A program made the position numbers and the translations under genes. The notes below the pieces were generated by a model. The model worked only from the letters and a program-made list of their open reading frames with translations, did no database searches and was not told the origin of the DNA. From the IMG/VR virus record IMGVR_UViG_2585427750_000025, positions 1 to 16,353 of that record: DNA of 16,353 bases; one strand, 5' to 3'. Below, piece after piece: positions 1 to 7,250 of the stretch. Position 1 is the stretch's first letter. Every line of letters starts with the position of its first letter. This stretch comes from a virus. Its lineage: Duplodnaviria > Heunggongvirae > Uroviricota > Caudoviricetes.

Positions 1-1248
1 ATGGCACTGAATATTCCATTCAGAAATGCGTACTATCGTTTTGCATCCAGTTACTCATTTCTCTTTTTTATTTCCTGGTCGCTGTGGTGGTCGTTATACG
101 CTATTTGGCTGAAAGGACATCTAGGGTTGACAGGGACGGAATTAGGTACACTTTATTCGGTCAACCAGTTTACCAGCATTCTATTTATGATGTTCTACGG
201 CATCGTTCAGGATAAACTCGGTCTGAAGAAACCGCTCATCTGGTGTATGAGTTTCATCCTGGTCTTGACCGGACCGTTTATGATTTACGTTTATGAACCG
301 TTACTGCAAAGCAATTTTTCTGTAGGTCTAATTCTGGGGGCGCTATTTTTTGGCTTGGGGTATCTGGCGGGATGCGGTTTGCTTGATAGCTTCACCGAAA
401 AAATGGCGCGAAATTTTCATTTCGAATATGGAACAGCGCGCGCCTGGGGATCTTTTGGCTATGCTATTGGCGCGTTCTTTGCCGGCATATTTTTTAGTAT
501 CAGTCCCCATATCAACTTCTGGTTGGTCTCGCTATTTGGCGCTGTATTTATGATGATCAACATGCGTTTTAAAGATAAGGATCACCAGTGCGTAGCGGCA
601 GATGCGGGAGGGGTAAAAAAAGAGGATTTTATCGCAGTTTTCAAGGATCGAAACTTCTGGGTTTTCGTCATATTTATTGTGGGGACGTGGTCTTTCTATA
701 ACATTTTTGATCAACAACTTTTTCCTGTCTTTTATGCAGGTTTATTCGAATCACACGATGTAGGAACGCGCCTGTATGGTTATCTCAACTCATTCCAGGT
801 GGTACTCGAAGCGCTGTGCATGGCGATTATTCCTTTCTTTGTGAATCGGGTAGGGCCAAAAAATGCATTACTTATCGGAGTTGTGATTATGGCGTTGCGT
901 ATCCTTTCCTGCGCGCTGTTCGTTAACCCCTGGATTATTTCATTAGTGAAGTTGTTACATGCCATTGAGGTTCCACTTTGTGTCATATCCGTCTTCAAAT
1001 ACAGCGTGGCAAACTTTGATAAGCGCCTGTCGTCGACGATCTTTCTGATTGGTTTTCAAATTGCCAGTTCGCTTGGGATTGTGCTGCTTTCAACGCCGAC
1101 TGGGATACTCTTTGACCACGCAGGCTACCAGACAGTTTTCTTCGCAATTTCGGGTATTGTCTGCCTGATGTTGCTATTTGGCATTTTCTTCTTGAGTAAA
1201 AAACGCGAGCAAATAGTTATGGAAACGCCTGTACCTTCAGCAATATAG
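1..1248 (+). CDS. LacY-family MFS transporter (oligosaccharide:H+ symporter-like), 415 aa
   Basis: ORF starts with ATG at window position 1; hydrophobic multi-helix profile; whole-length resemblance to LacY-type permeases (DKLGLKK, FEYGxAR, GxKNALL motifs). Sampled GC in first 120 nt is 48/120, i.e. AT-rich. Confidence 0.8.
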   Translation: MALNIPFRNAYYRFASSYSFLFFISWSLWWSLYAIWLKGHLGLTGTELGTLYSVNQFTSILFMMFYGIVQDKLGLKKPLIWCMSFILVLTGPFMIYVYEPLLQSNFSVGLILGALFFGLGYLAGCGLLDSFTEKMARNFHFEYGTARAWGSFGYAIGAFFAGIFFSISPHINFWLVSLFGAVFMMINMRFKDKDHQCVAADAGGVKKEDFIAVFKDRNFWVFVIFIVGTWSFYNIFDQQLFPVFYAGLFESHDVGTRLYGYLNSFQVVLEALCMAIIPFFVNRVGPKNALLIGVVIMALRILSCALFVNPWIISLVKLLHAIEVPLCVISVFKYSVANFDKRLSSTIFLIGFQIASSLGIVLLSTPTGILFDHAGYQTVFFAISGIVCLMLLFGIFFLSKKREQIVMETPVPSAI

Positions 1249-1777
1249 ACGTAAACTTTTTCCGGTTGTTGTCGATAGCTCTATATCCCTCAACCGGAAA
1301 ATAATAATAGTAAAATGCTTAGCCCTGCTAATAATCGCCTAATCCAAACGCCTCATTCATGTTCTGGTACAGTCGCTCAAATGTACTTCAGATGCGCGGT
1401 TCGCTGATTTCCAGGACATTGTCGTCATTCAGTGACCTGTCCCGTGTATCACGGTCCTGCGAATTCATCAAGGAATGCATTGCGGAGTGAAGTATCGAGT
1501 CACGCCATATTTCGCTATCAGGATTCTGTGTGATGGTTACATCGCCCGGCTCAGGGCTGTTTAGTCATCAGCGCTTTCTGACAGTGCTGAGATTTCAACC
1601 TGTTGCAGTAAAAATGAGTAGATATAAGGCAAGTGTGCTGCCAAACCCATCTTTTACGGGGTGAAGGTAGATTTCGTTTGAAGGGTATCTGGTGTCCCCT
1701 GCAGACATCTACTTGAAGCGGCAGGGGATTGATTGGAATGGAGTTTTTTAGATGTGAGAAATATTTTACCCGCTATT

Positions 1778-1978
1778 TTACCCATTGGCGCGGCTTAAGA
1801 GCTTATTTTTGAATTCACAATGGTCACGATATAACCATCTTGCTCGCCCGTGGATAACTTTGGCTTTTGGCAGGTCGCCGGACTTAATCCGGTCATAGAT
1901 GAAGGTTTTACCGAAGCCAGTATCGGCCATGATGAATTTCAAATCAACCAGTGAATCAGGTTGTAGTTCGTGTTGCAT
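1778..1978 (-). CDS. AlpA/Xis-family excisionase or DNA-binding regulator, 66 aa
   Basis: Small basic protein with the LKFIxxxTGFxxxxIYxxIKxGxxP HTH signature of AlpA/Xis proteins; ATG at 1978 preceded by GGAGA; leftmost gene of the early-left operon. Confidence 0.6.
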   Translation of the reverse strand: MQHELQPDSLVDLKFIMADTGFGKTFIYDRIKSGDLPKAKVIHGRARWLYRDHCEFKNKLLSRANG

Positions 1979-2020
1979 GAGTGCTATCTCCGAATAGGGA
2001 ATCGAACCTGCAAATCAGGC

Positions 2021-2044
2021 AAGAAAAAGCCGCATTGATGCGGC
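2021..2044 (-). terminator. Putative rho-independent terminator between the accessory genes and xis
   Basis: Plus-strand stem gccgca (2029-2034) / tgcggc (2039-2044) with loop ttga; on the minus strand the stem is followed by TTTTTCTT (plus 2021-2028). Confidence 0.4.
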
Positions 2045-2101
2045 GATGGTAGGTCTGGATATCATTGAGCAATGAACAGGCCTCATCGAGTGTGAGGTGG
2101 G

Positions 2102-2446
2102 TTAGTCCTTGCGTAGCTCGCTGATTCTTCTGTAAGTCTCTGGTGCTTTGTTCCCATACGTCTTCATTTCAGACTTCAACAGAGCAACGAGTGAATCCCA
2201 TTCGTTGAGGATTCCTTTGAATGCCGGAACGCGCTTTGCAACCTTGTCGAATGAATCTCTGATTTCTGGAATCTGCTCAACAAGTGCAACGCATCGTCGG
2301 AAATCGGCTGCGTCATGTGGAGCACCGAAGCTATGACCATAGATATTCTTTTTCAGTCCACATGCGATTGAGGCAAGAGTTGCGCTACTGATGCCTACAT
2401 CGCCAGTCGATTGCAATTTCAAAACCTTCATAGCCAAATCTGACAT
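2102..2446 (-). CDS. Hypothetical phage protein, 114 aa
   Basis: Intact ORF, ATG at 2446 preceded by GGAG about 8 nt upstream; no family recognised. Confidence 0.5.
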   Translation of the reverse strand: MSDLAMKVLKLQSTGDVGISSATLASIACGLKKNIYGHSFGAPHDAADFRRCVALVEQIPEIRDSFDKVAKRVPAFKGILNEWDSLVALLKSEMKTYGNKAPETYRRISELRKD

Positions 2447-2526
2447 TTCTTGTCTCCATAAAACAAAACTCGCCGTAGCGAGTTCAGATAAAAGAAAACC
2501 ATCAATTGGTTAGGGTTTTTGTAATT

Positions 2527-2718
2527 CTACGAATTATGTTGTTTTTTAGCTTCAGCTTTCCATTCATCAAAGGCAGTGTCTTTGTTCATGGTGCTGATAT
2601 TGATCTTACGGTCAATATCATATACACGCCACTCACCGTTAGGCCTCTCTTCGCATCTAACTAAGTATGAATTGCCATTAATATCTATGCGTCTGTCTAT
2701 TTGCATGAACATTTTCAA
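2527..2718 (-). CDS. Hypothetical small protein, 63 aa (TTG start; alternative ATG at 2712)
   Basis: ORF begins with TTG at 2718, AGAGGA 8 nt upstream; AT-rich upstream region with a TATAAT-like hexamer. Confidence 0.4.
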   Translation of the reverse strand: MKMFMQIDRRIDINGNSYLVRCEERPNGEWRVYDIDRKINISTMNKDTAFDEWKAEAKKQHNS

Positions 2719-2781
2719 TTTTCGAATCCTCTTTAATATGCATTTTTTTTGCTATTTCAGTAGTTTACTATTGATGAGGCG

Positions 2782-2787
2782 TTATTA
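2782..2787 (-). promoter_or_regulatory. Candidate internal -10 element (TATAAT on minus strand) in AT-rich intergenic region
   Basis: Minus strand reads gtgtgTATAATaacg; only a weak -35 candidate at non-ideal spacing, so low confidence. Confidence 0.25.
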
Positions 2788-2831
2788 TACACACTTCATT
2801 AATGCAAGCATCTTTATGCTATGCTACTAAT

Positions 2832-3113
2832 TTAGCAATTGATATTCACCTTTATCGCGAACACCTTTACCGGTTTATCGCCGAAGTGGGGATGTGTGAT
2901 TGTCTTGATTTCATATCCGTCATACGGAACATCAATTCTGCGACTGAAGTCGTCGCGCTTCGGATATCCCTTTGTGATAATCAGGCGGTCATACTCCCGG
3001 AACATAATTCGCTTATTCCAGTAGTCATTACACAAGCGATACTCTTCCGTTTTCTCCCCGCGAATCATGGCATCGAAGTATTCACCTTTGACGGCAAGTT
3101 GCAGGTTAGCCAC
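2832..3113 (-). CDS. ASCH/DUF3850-like small protein, 93 aa
   Basis: N-terminal pattern (LQLAVKGEYFDAMIRGEKTEEYRLCND) resembles the ASCH-fold DUF3850 family common in phage accessory regions; assignment from recall only. Confidence 0.45.
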   Translation of the reverse strand: MANLQLAVKGEYFDAMIRGEKTEEYRLCNDYWNKRIMFREYDRLIITKGYPKRDDFSRRIDVPYDGYEIKTITHPHFGDKPVKVFAIKVNINC

Positions 3114-3393
3114 GACCTTCCTCCTTTGGCTTGTGAATTTGTATCGTCATGCCGCTTTGAGTGGTGACTACAATGACAGAACCAGGCTGAAGGCTGTTAA
3201 GATTGAATGCTTCGTAAAACGAATCCAATGCCAGTGCTTTTTTATTCTTTCGGTTCCACCAACGCCATCCCTTGCTACAGGCTACACTGACAATCCACTG
3301 TCCACTCCTGTAAGCCATATAAAACCAGATGAGCAAAACCTGAAGGAATGCTATCCAGTCAATGATCGTATATTTCGCGAAGGAGTCCATCAC
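3106..3393 (-). CDS. Hypothetical protein with N-terminal hydrophobic segment, 95 aa
   Basis: ATG at 3393 preceded by GGAGGTG (5 nt spacer); start overlaps the stop of the upstream Lar-like gene (ATGA); hydrophobic stretch IIDWIAFLQVLLIWFYMAY. Confidence 0.55.
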   Translation of the reverse strand: MMDSFAKYTIIDWIAFLQVLLIWFYMAYRSGQWIVSVACSKGWRWWNRKNKKALALDSFYEAFNLNSLQPGSVIVVTTQSGMTIQIHKPKEEGRG

Positions 3394-3686
3394 TTCACCT
3401 CCTGCGGAGTAGCCTTTACAAGCACTGGTGTAAATCCATCTTCATTAAGGTTATGAATATAGACTTCTGTTCTCCTGCGCTCTTCAACGTTTAATATTGT
3501 TTCTGGATCATAAACCCATACTTTCATTCGACTATTCCATGAAGAAATCGCTTCAGATTTAGTTCGTTTTTCTGGTCCTTGGGCACCACATTTGCATGAC
3601 ACATAGCACATTTTCCCTCTGATACTGAATGAGTATCCGATGTTAAGCACAGTGGAACCACAGAATGGGCAGCGATATAGATTCAT
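3390..3686 (-). CDS. Lar-family restriction-alleviation-like protein with C-terminal extension, 98 aa
   Basis: N-terminal zinc-ribbon pattern CPFCG ... CxC ... AIxxWNSR typical of the Lar family; AGGTGG RBS upstream of ATG at 3686. Confidence 0.55.
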   Translation of the reverse strand: MNLYRCPFCGSTVLNIGYSFSIRGKMCYVSCKCGAQGPEKRTKSEAISSWNSRMKVWVYDPETILNVEERRRTEVYIHNLNEDGFTPVLVKATPQEVK

Positions 3687-4303
3687 AAATCATCCACCTT
3701 AGGCGCAGCTGAGACAGCAACATTCCAGAACTCAGAAAACATATTGTATGCACCAGATAGATTGGAAGTGGCATACCCTCCAAGCTCACTTCTAATCTGA
3801 ACGGCTCTCATCATTTCCGGGGTTAACTCCTTCGGCACCATAACCCAACCATCCGGAGTTACCGGAGAGTTGCCGGGTTCTTTAATGTGCAAGCGAGGCT
3901 CACCATCTTTTGGCTCAGGCCACTGGCGCTCCATGTTGATCTTCAATTTATCTTCCATAGCAGCGGTAATTTCAGCATCGCTGATGCCAGCACGGCGCTG
4001 TGCATCCCACAACAGAAACTGCATATCAGCCCACTCGCTAAGATCGTCTGGTTCGGCTGCGGCTTCCAGTGCCTCTTTTGAGAGATGTTTCAGCGGACCA
4101 ATGGGGCCAACGCAGCCAAATGTGGAGTCAGACCATTTGGCATGCTCGTGGCGAATCTGTTCGCGTTCCAGTGATGCCAGTGCGATACGCAGGGCATCCA
4201 GGATATTCCCCTGGTAATCATCAAGCCCGAAAGGAAGCTCATCACGAACGCTTTCATAATCGTTGATAGCCTGCTGCAGCCATTCTCTTGTGATAGTGCT
4301 CAT
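3683..4303 (-). CDS. Hypothetical phage protein, 206 aa (possibly DUF550 / MazG-like N-terminal domain)
   Basis: Strong RBS AAGGAGAGG before ATG at 4303; ATGA overlap with upstream gene; domain assignment tentative. Confidence 0.5.
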   Translation of the reverse strand: MSTITREWLQQAINDYESVRDELPFGLDDYQGNILDALRIALASLEREQIRHEHAKWSDSTFGCVGPIGPLKHLSKEALEAAAEPDDLSEWADMQFLLWDAQRRAGISDAEITAAMEDKLKINMERQWPEPKDGEPRLHIKEPGNSPVTPDGWVMVPKELTPEMMRAVQIRSELGGYATSNLSGAYNMFSEFWNVAVSAAPKVDDL

Positions 4304-4926
4304 GATGCCTCTCCTTTACCTGCTTCGGTGACGTTTATTCCAGCGTTGTGCAGTGCCTCAAGAACCTGATGCTGCCTGTAAACCATTTCAGTGTGGTAAG
4401 GCTCGTCAAAATCGACGCGATGCAACATGCTATAGCATTGCGGAAGCACAACCTCCCGCAACTCCAGCTCAGCAATGCGCTTCTCTGCGGCTTCCAGCTT
4501 CTCGCGCATATCGTCAACGTACTCGACCAGAGAACCGCCAGCAGGAATTTCGCACTCCTCGACCAGTTGGAAGTAGATATCAGCTGCGGCCCGTGTGTTG
4601 CTATGCCTAGCGTCGCCCATCTCACCTTCACGAAGAGCATCGCGTTCGGCGGTAAGATTGGCTATTTTGCTGTCTTTGCCTTCCAGCTCAACGCGCAGCT
4701 TCCCTACCGTTAGCGCAATTTCCTCGTTCTCCTGGTCACGGCGTTTGATGTATTGCTGGTTTCTTTCCAGTTCATCCAACAATGCCAGCGCGATATCTGG
4801 CGAAAAGTGCTTCATAAAATCGTTAAGCGCATTAATTCGCTGATCGAAAGGCATTACAGGTGCTTCACCAGCAATTTTTGTTTTTTCAGCGATTTCACGA
4901 AGCTTTTGATAATCAATCTTGCTCAC
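4300..4926 (-). CDS. Ead/Ea22-like family protein, 208 aa (GTG start)
   Basis: N-terminus MSKIDYQKLREIAEK and coiled-coil-like middle resemble lambda Ea22-like proteins; GTG at 4926 preceded by AAGGAGG (6 nt spacer). Confidence 0.6.
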   Translation of the reverse strand: MSKIDYQKLREIAEKTKIAGEAPVMPFDQRINALNDFMKHFSPDIALALLDELERNQQYIKRRDQENEEIALTVGKLRVELEGKDSKIANLTAERDALREGEMGDARHSNTRAAADIYFQLVEECEIPAGGSLVEYVDDMREKLEAAEKRIAELELREVVLPQCYSMLHRVDFDEPYHTEMVYRQHQVLEALHNAGINVTEAGKGEAS

Positions 4927-5060
4927 TGGTTGCCTCCTTTGCGAAGCTGGTTGGCGAACAAACGTACACTAGACGCTTCACTGCGTAGAAACTTAACGGC
5001 ATAATCAAAACCACCTCGTTCTGCGTCGTCTGCTCCGTTGTCGAGGTTATCTGCGTACAT
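4923..5060 (-). CDS. Small hypothetical ORF, 45 aa (internal ATG of the 92-aa track ORF)
   Basis: ATG at 5060 lies 14 nt inside the end of the upstream gene; its TGA stop overlaps the GTG start of the Ea22-like gene (GTGA). Fits the coupling pattern of the operon but is short. Confidence 0.3.
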   Translation of the reverse strand: MYADNLDNGADDAERGGFDYAVKFLRSEASSVRLFANQLRKGGNQ

Positions 5061-5406
5061 CTCTACCCCCCTGCGCCCGTACTTCAGCCAGGAAAGCATC
5101 GGTGGCTGGTGTTTCAACACGGATGCTGTCGCGCAAGATGAAAAATGCATCAAGCATTCCAGTCTCCGGCACTTCATCCTGATGCTTCTCATACGCATCA
5201 AGAGCCTTCATCATCTCAGGTCCGAATGGTTGAGGGTGCGCAGCCTTCAGCCCCGCATTCTCCGCCGCCAGCGCCGCGCACTTGGCCTCCGCTTCAGCAA
5301 ATTTACGCACCAGATATTCAGCGTTTGTTTCGTTAACCTTTAAATCACTTGGGATGCATTTACCTTTCAGAAAACCATCCATCTCAATTAGTGTCATTTG
5401 TTTCAT
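5047..5406 (-). CDS. Hypothetical phage protein, 119 aa
   Basis: Intact ORF, ATG at 5406 overlapping the stop of the upstream 54-aa ORF (ATGA). Confidence 0.5.
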   Translation of the reverse strand: MKQMTLIEMDGFLKGKCIPSDLKVNETNAEYLVRKFAEAEAKCAALAAENAGLKAAHPQPFGPEMMKALDAYEKHQDEVPETGMLDAFFILRDSIRVETPATDAFLAEVRAQGGRDVRR

Positions 5407-5567
5407 TTCTTCCCACTCCGCAACATCGCATTCAGATATTTGTTGTCATTAACAGAACCGAAACTATTTCTCTTAAGCAATTCCTCTCTCGATGGCATTG
5501 GCTTTACGCGTTGGCGAATAATCATTTCTGCCGGAAGAATGCCGGGATTGTATGCAAGTCCTCTCAT
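5403..5567 (-). CDS. Small hypothetical ORF, 54 aa (below the ORF-track length cutoff)
   Basis: Hand translation: [54 protein letters not shown]; GGAGAG RBS upstream; ATGA overlaps at both ends exactly fill the gap between flanking genes. Confidence 0.35.
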   Translation of the reverse strand: MRGLAYNPGILPAEMIIRQRVKPMPSREELLKRNSFGSVNDNKYLNAMLRSGKK

Positions 5568-5854
5568 GATTTACTCTCCACGAACTGGTCAACAGCCATG
5601 CTAAGTGACACACCTAAAGTCTCGATATGTTGCTGAATATCCTGTAGCGTCTGCGCCTGAGATAACAGGATTTCACGGTTGCATAACTCTTTAACCAGAT
5701 GCTCAAACTTGCTGTAATAACCGATACGGCTTAGTGTTTCTTTCCCTGCATTCTCGCCTTCTTTGATAATTCCTCTTTCGCTAAGAATCAGATCGTGTTT
5801 TGTTCCGGTAATAACGTATTTTCCGAGGTTGATGTTTAGCTTCATTGTTTTCAT
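5564..5854 (-). CDS. Hypothetical phage protein, 96 aa (start moved to internal ATG)
   Basis: ATG at 5854 (MKTMKLNIN...) is preceded by GAGGAA with 6-nt spacer and lies 11 nt after the stop of the upstream gene; the longer 147-aa track ORF would overlap that gene. Confidence 0.5.
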   Translation of the reverse strand: MKTMKLNINLGKYVITGTKHDLILSERGIIKEGENAGKETLSRIGYYSKFEHLVKELCNREILLSQAQTLQDIQQHIETLGVSLSMAVDQFVESKS

Positions 5855-5864
5855 TGTTAATTCC

Positions 5865-6161
5865 TCAGTCATTACTGATAGCGCCATAGCGTGAGCGGTA
5901 ATTACGCAGGCGCGGGTCGATATATTCAGGGAAGTGGGTATATGTGGCTTTGCGGAATGGTCGGATTGATGTCTGGTAAATTCGCTCGCGTTCTTCTTTC
6001 TCTGCAAGCCATATGCAGTGGCGAAACTCCTTTTCCTCTTTCGTTTCCTGCGGTAGAGACATTATCCGATCGTAGTTTTTTCTGAATTTATCCAGCACCT
6101 CCGATACGGAATTGCCGGAACAGCGGCGCGCGTCGTCCGCACCATATAGAGGCGCTGGCAT
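5865..6161 (-). CDS. Hypothetical phage protein, 98 aa
   Basis: ATG at 6161 preceded by AGGAGA (5 nt spacer), 16 nt downstream of the exonuclease stop. Confidence 0.5.
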   Translation of the reverse strand: MPAPLYGADDARRCSGNSVSEVLDKFRKNYDRIMSLPQETKEEKEFRHCIWLAEKEERERIYQTSIRPFRKATYTHFPEYIDPRLRNYRSRYGAISND

Positions 6162-6177
6162 GGTTTTCTCCTGTTGA

Positions 6178-6726
6178 TTATTTAGCTAACTTTTTCCAGA
6201 TCGCTGAAACGTATTTGGCTTGGTGGATTGCATCATCAAGCGCGTTGTGGCGAGTTCCTTTGAATGGCATATCTCGCTTAGGGTCTAATCCTATTGCCTT
6301 CCCAAGTTCGACGATTGTTCTTACGTCGCGGTCATTCCACCACTGCCACGGAACTGGCTGCCCTGTCAGCGAATAAGTGTTGCGGAGAATAACGCAGTCA
6401 AATGATGCTCCATTCCCCCAAACCTGAACGAGTTTGTGGTTGGCGTTCTTTATGATGAATTCAGATAACCATGAAAGAGCCGTTGAAAGCTCTTGAGTGT
6501 TGCTGGTTAGCGATTTTCTGGCTTCTTCACTCTGTTCCATCCACCATAAAATCGTTGAAGCGTCAGGACGCGCCCGATATCGCATTGATGACTCAAGCGA
6601 GATATTTACCGAGAACTCTTCTCCTGTTTCTCCGGTATTCGGGTCAAAGAATACCGCCCCAATAGAAATAACTGGTGCGTATGGCCCGTTGCCCATTGTT
6701 TCAAGGTCAACCATCAAGTGATTCAT
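6178..6726 (-). CDS. DnaQ-like (DEDDh) 3'-5' exonuclease, 182 aa
   Basis: Exo motif I (MVDLETMG) and Exo III-like H-x4-D (HNALDDAIH) with intervening acidic residues; AAGGA RBS; immediately downstream of ssb. Confidence 0.7.
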   Translation of the reverse strand: MNHLMVDLETMGNGPYAPVISIGAVFFDPNTGETGEEFSVNISLESSMRYRARPDASTILWWMEQSEEARKSLTSNTQELSTALSWLSEFIIKNANHKLVQVWGNGASFDCVILRNTYSLTGQPVPWQWWNDRDVRTIVELGKAIGLDPKRDMPFKGTRHNALDDAIHQAKYVSAIWKKLAK

Positions 6727-6734
6727 GTAAGTCC

Positions 6735-7250
6735 TTAAATTGCGTAAATAGCGTGACGAGGGAAAGGGAGAGTTACTGGTGCAAAGGGGATATCGTCGTC
6801 AAAATCCATAGGTGGTTCGCTGTGATTTACCTGCTTCTGAGACTGCTGTTTTTGTTGCTGACCGTTATTTCGCTGAGGTGAAGACTGTTCATTGCCTCCT
6901 TGCTTGCCACCAAGCATTTGCATGGTTCCACCAACGCCCACGATAACTTCGGTAGTGAACCGATCCTGTCCACTTTGATCCTGCCATTTTCTTGTCCGCA
7001 ATTTGCCTTCAAGATAAACCTCTGAGCCTTTTCGCAGATATTCGCTGGCAATTTCTGCCAGTTTCCCGCTCATTACCACTCGGTGCCACTCCGTCTGCTC
7101 CTTTTGCTCTCCAGTTTGCTTATCACGCCATTGTTCTGACGTAGCAACTGTAAGGTTTGCAAATGCCGTTCCTGATGGTGAATATCTGATTTCTGGATCA
7201 TGCCCAAGGCGACCAATAATGATCACCTTATTTACGCCTCTGCTTGCCAT
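6735..7250 (-). CDS. ssb: Single-stranded DNA-binding protein (phage SSB), 171 aa, with a 15-residue extension after the DDDIPF motif
   Basis: N-terminal OB-fold region closely resembles E. coli SSB ([10 protein letters not shown]..., [15 protein letters not shown]); Gly/Gln-rich linker; [10 protein letters not shown] motif present but followed by [15 protein letters not shown] before the stop. Confidence 0.85.
   Translation of the reverse strand: MASRGVNKVIIIGRLGHDPEIRYSPSGTAFANLTVATSEQWRDKQTGEQKEQTEWHRVVMSGKLAEIASEYLRKGSEVYLEGKLRTRKWQDQSGQDRFTTEVIVGVGGTMQMLGGKQGGNEQSSPQRNNGQQQKQQSQKQVNHSEPPMDFDDDIPFAPVTLPFPRHAIYAI

Noticed and set aside
350-998. ORFs 350..553 (+), 532..717 (-) and 780..998 (-) inside the transporter gene
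   Set aside because: They lie fully inside the 415-aa transporter ORF in other frames or on the opposite strand, with no RBS; treated as frame artefacts.
1260-1299. 9-bp inverted repeat after the transporter stop, considered as an intrinsic terminator
   Set aside because: The stem is perfect but the loop is 22 nt and neither strand has a T-tract after the stem, so it was not annotated as a terminator; it is mentioned under the missing-integrase finding.
1996-2010. tRNA T-loop-like motif (minus strand GCAGGTTCGATTCCC) next to the xis start
   Set aside because: Only the GGTTCGATTCC-like segment is present; the flanking bases do not form a T-stem and there is no acceptor or anticodon stem nearby. 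It overlaps the xis RBS region, so it is more likely coincidental or a degraded att remnant than a tRNA gene.
2576-3167. Plus-strand ORFs 2576..2830, 2802..3167 and 2839..3024
   Set aside because: They run antisense to minus-strand genes that have good RBSs and coupled starts, and they fall in AT-rich sequence where stop-free frames arise by chance.
3870-5343. Plus-strand and alternative-frame ORFs overlapping the Ea22-like, 206-aa and 119-aa genes (3870..4217, 4335..4640, 4348..4713, 4353..4610, 4595..4843, 4753..5004, 5038..5343, 5145..5336)
   Set aside because: All overlap better-supported minus-strand genes, and several have Arg/Ser/Pro-rich compositions typical of antisense frames.
5564-6007. 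147-aa version of ORF 5564..6007
   Set aside because: The long form would overlap the upstream 98-aa gene by about 140 nt; the internal ATG at 5854 has a GAGGAA RBS and starts just after that gene's stop, so the 96-aa form was annotated instead.
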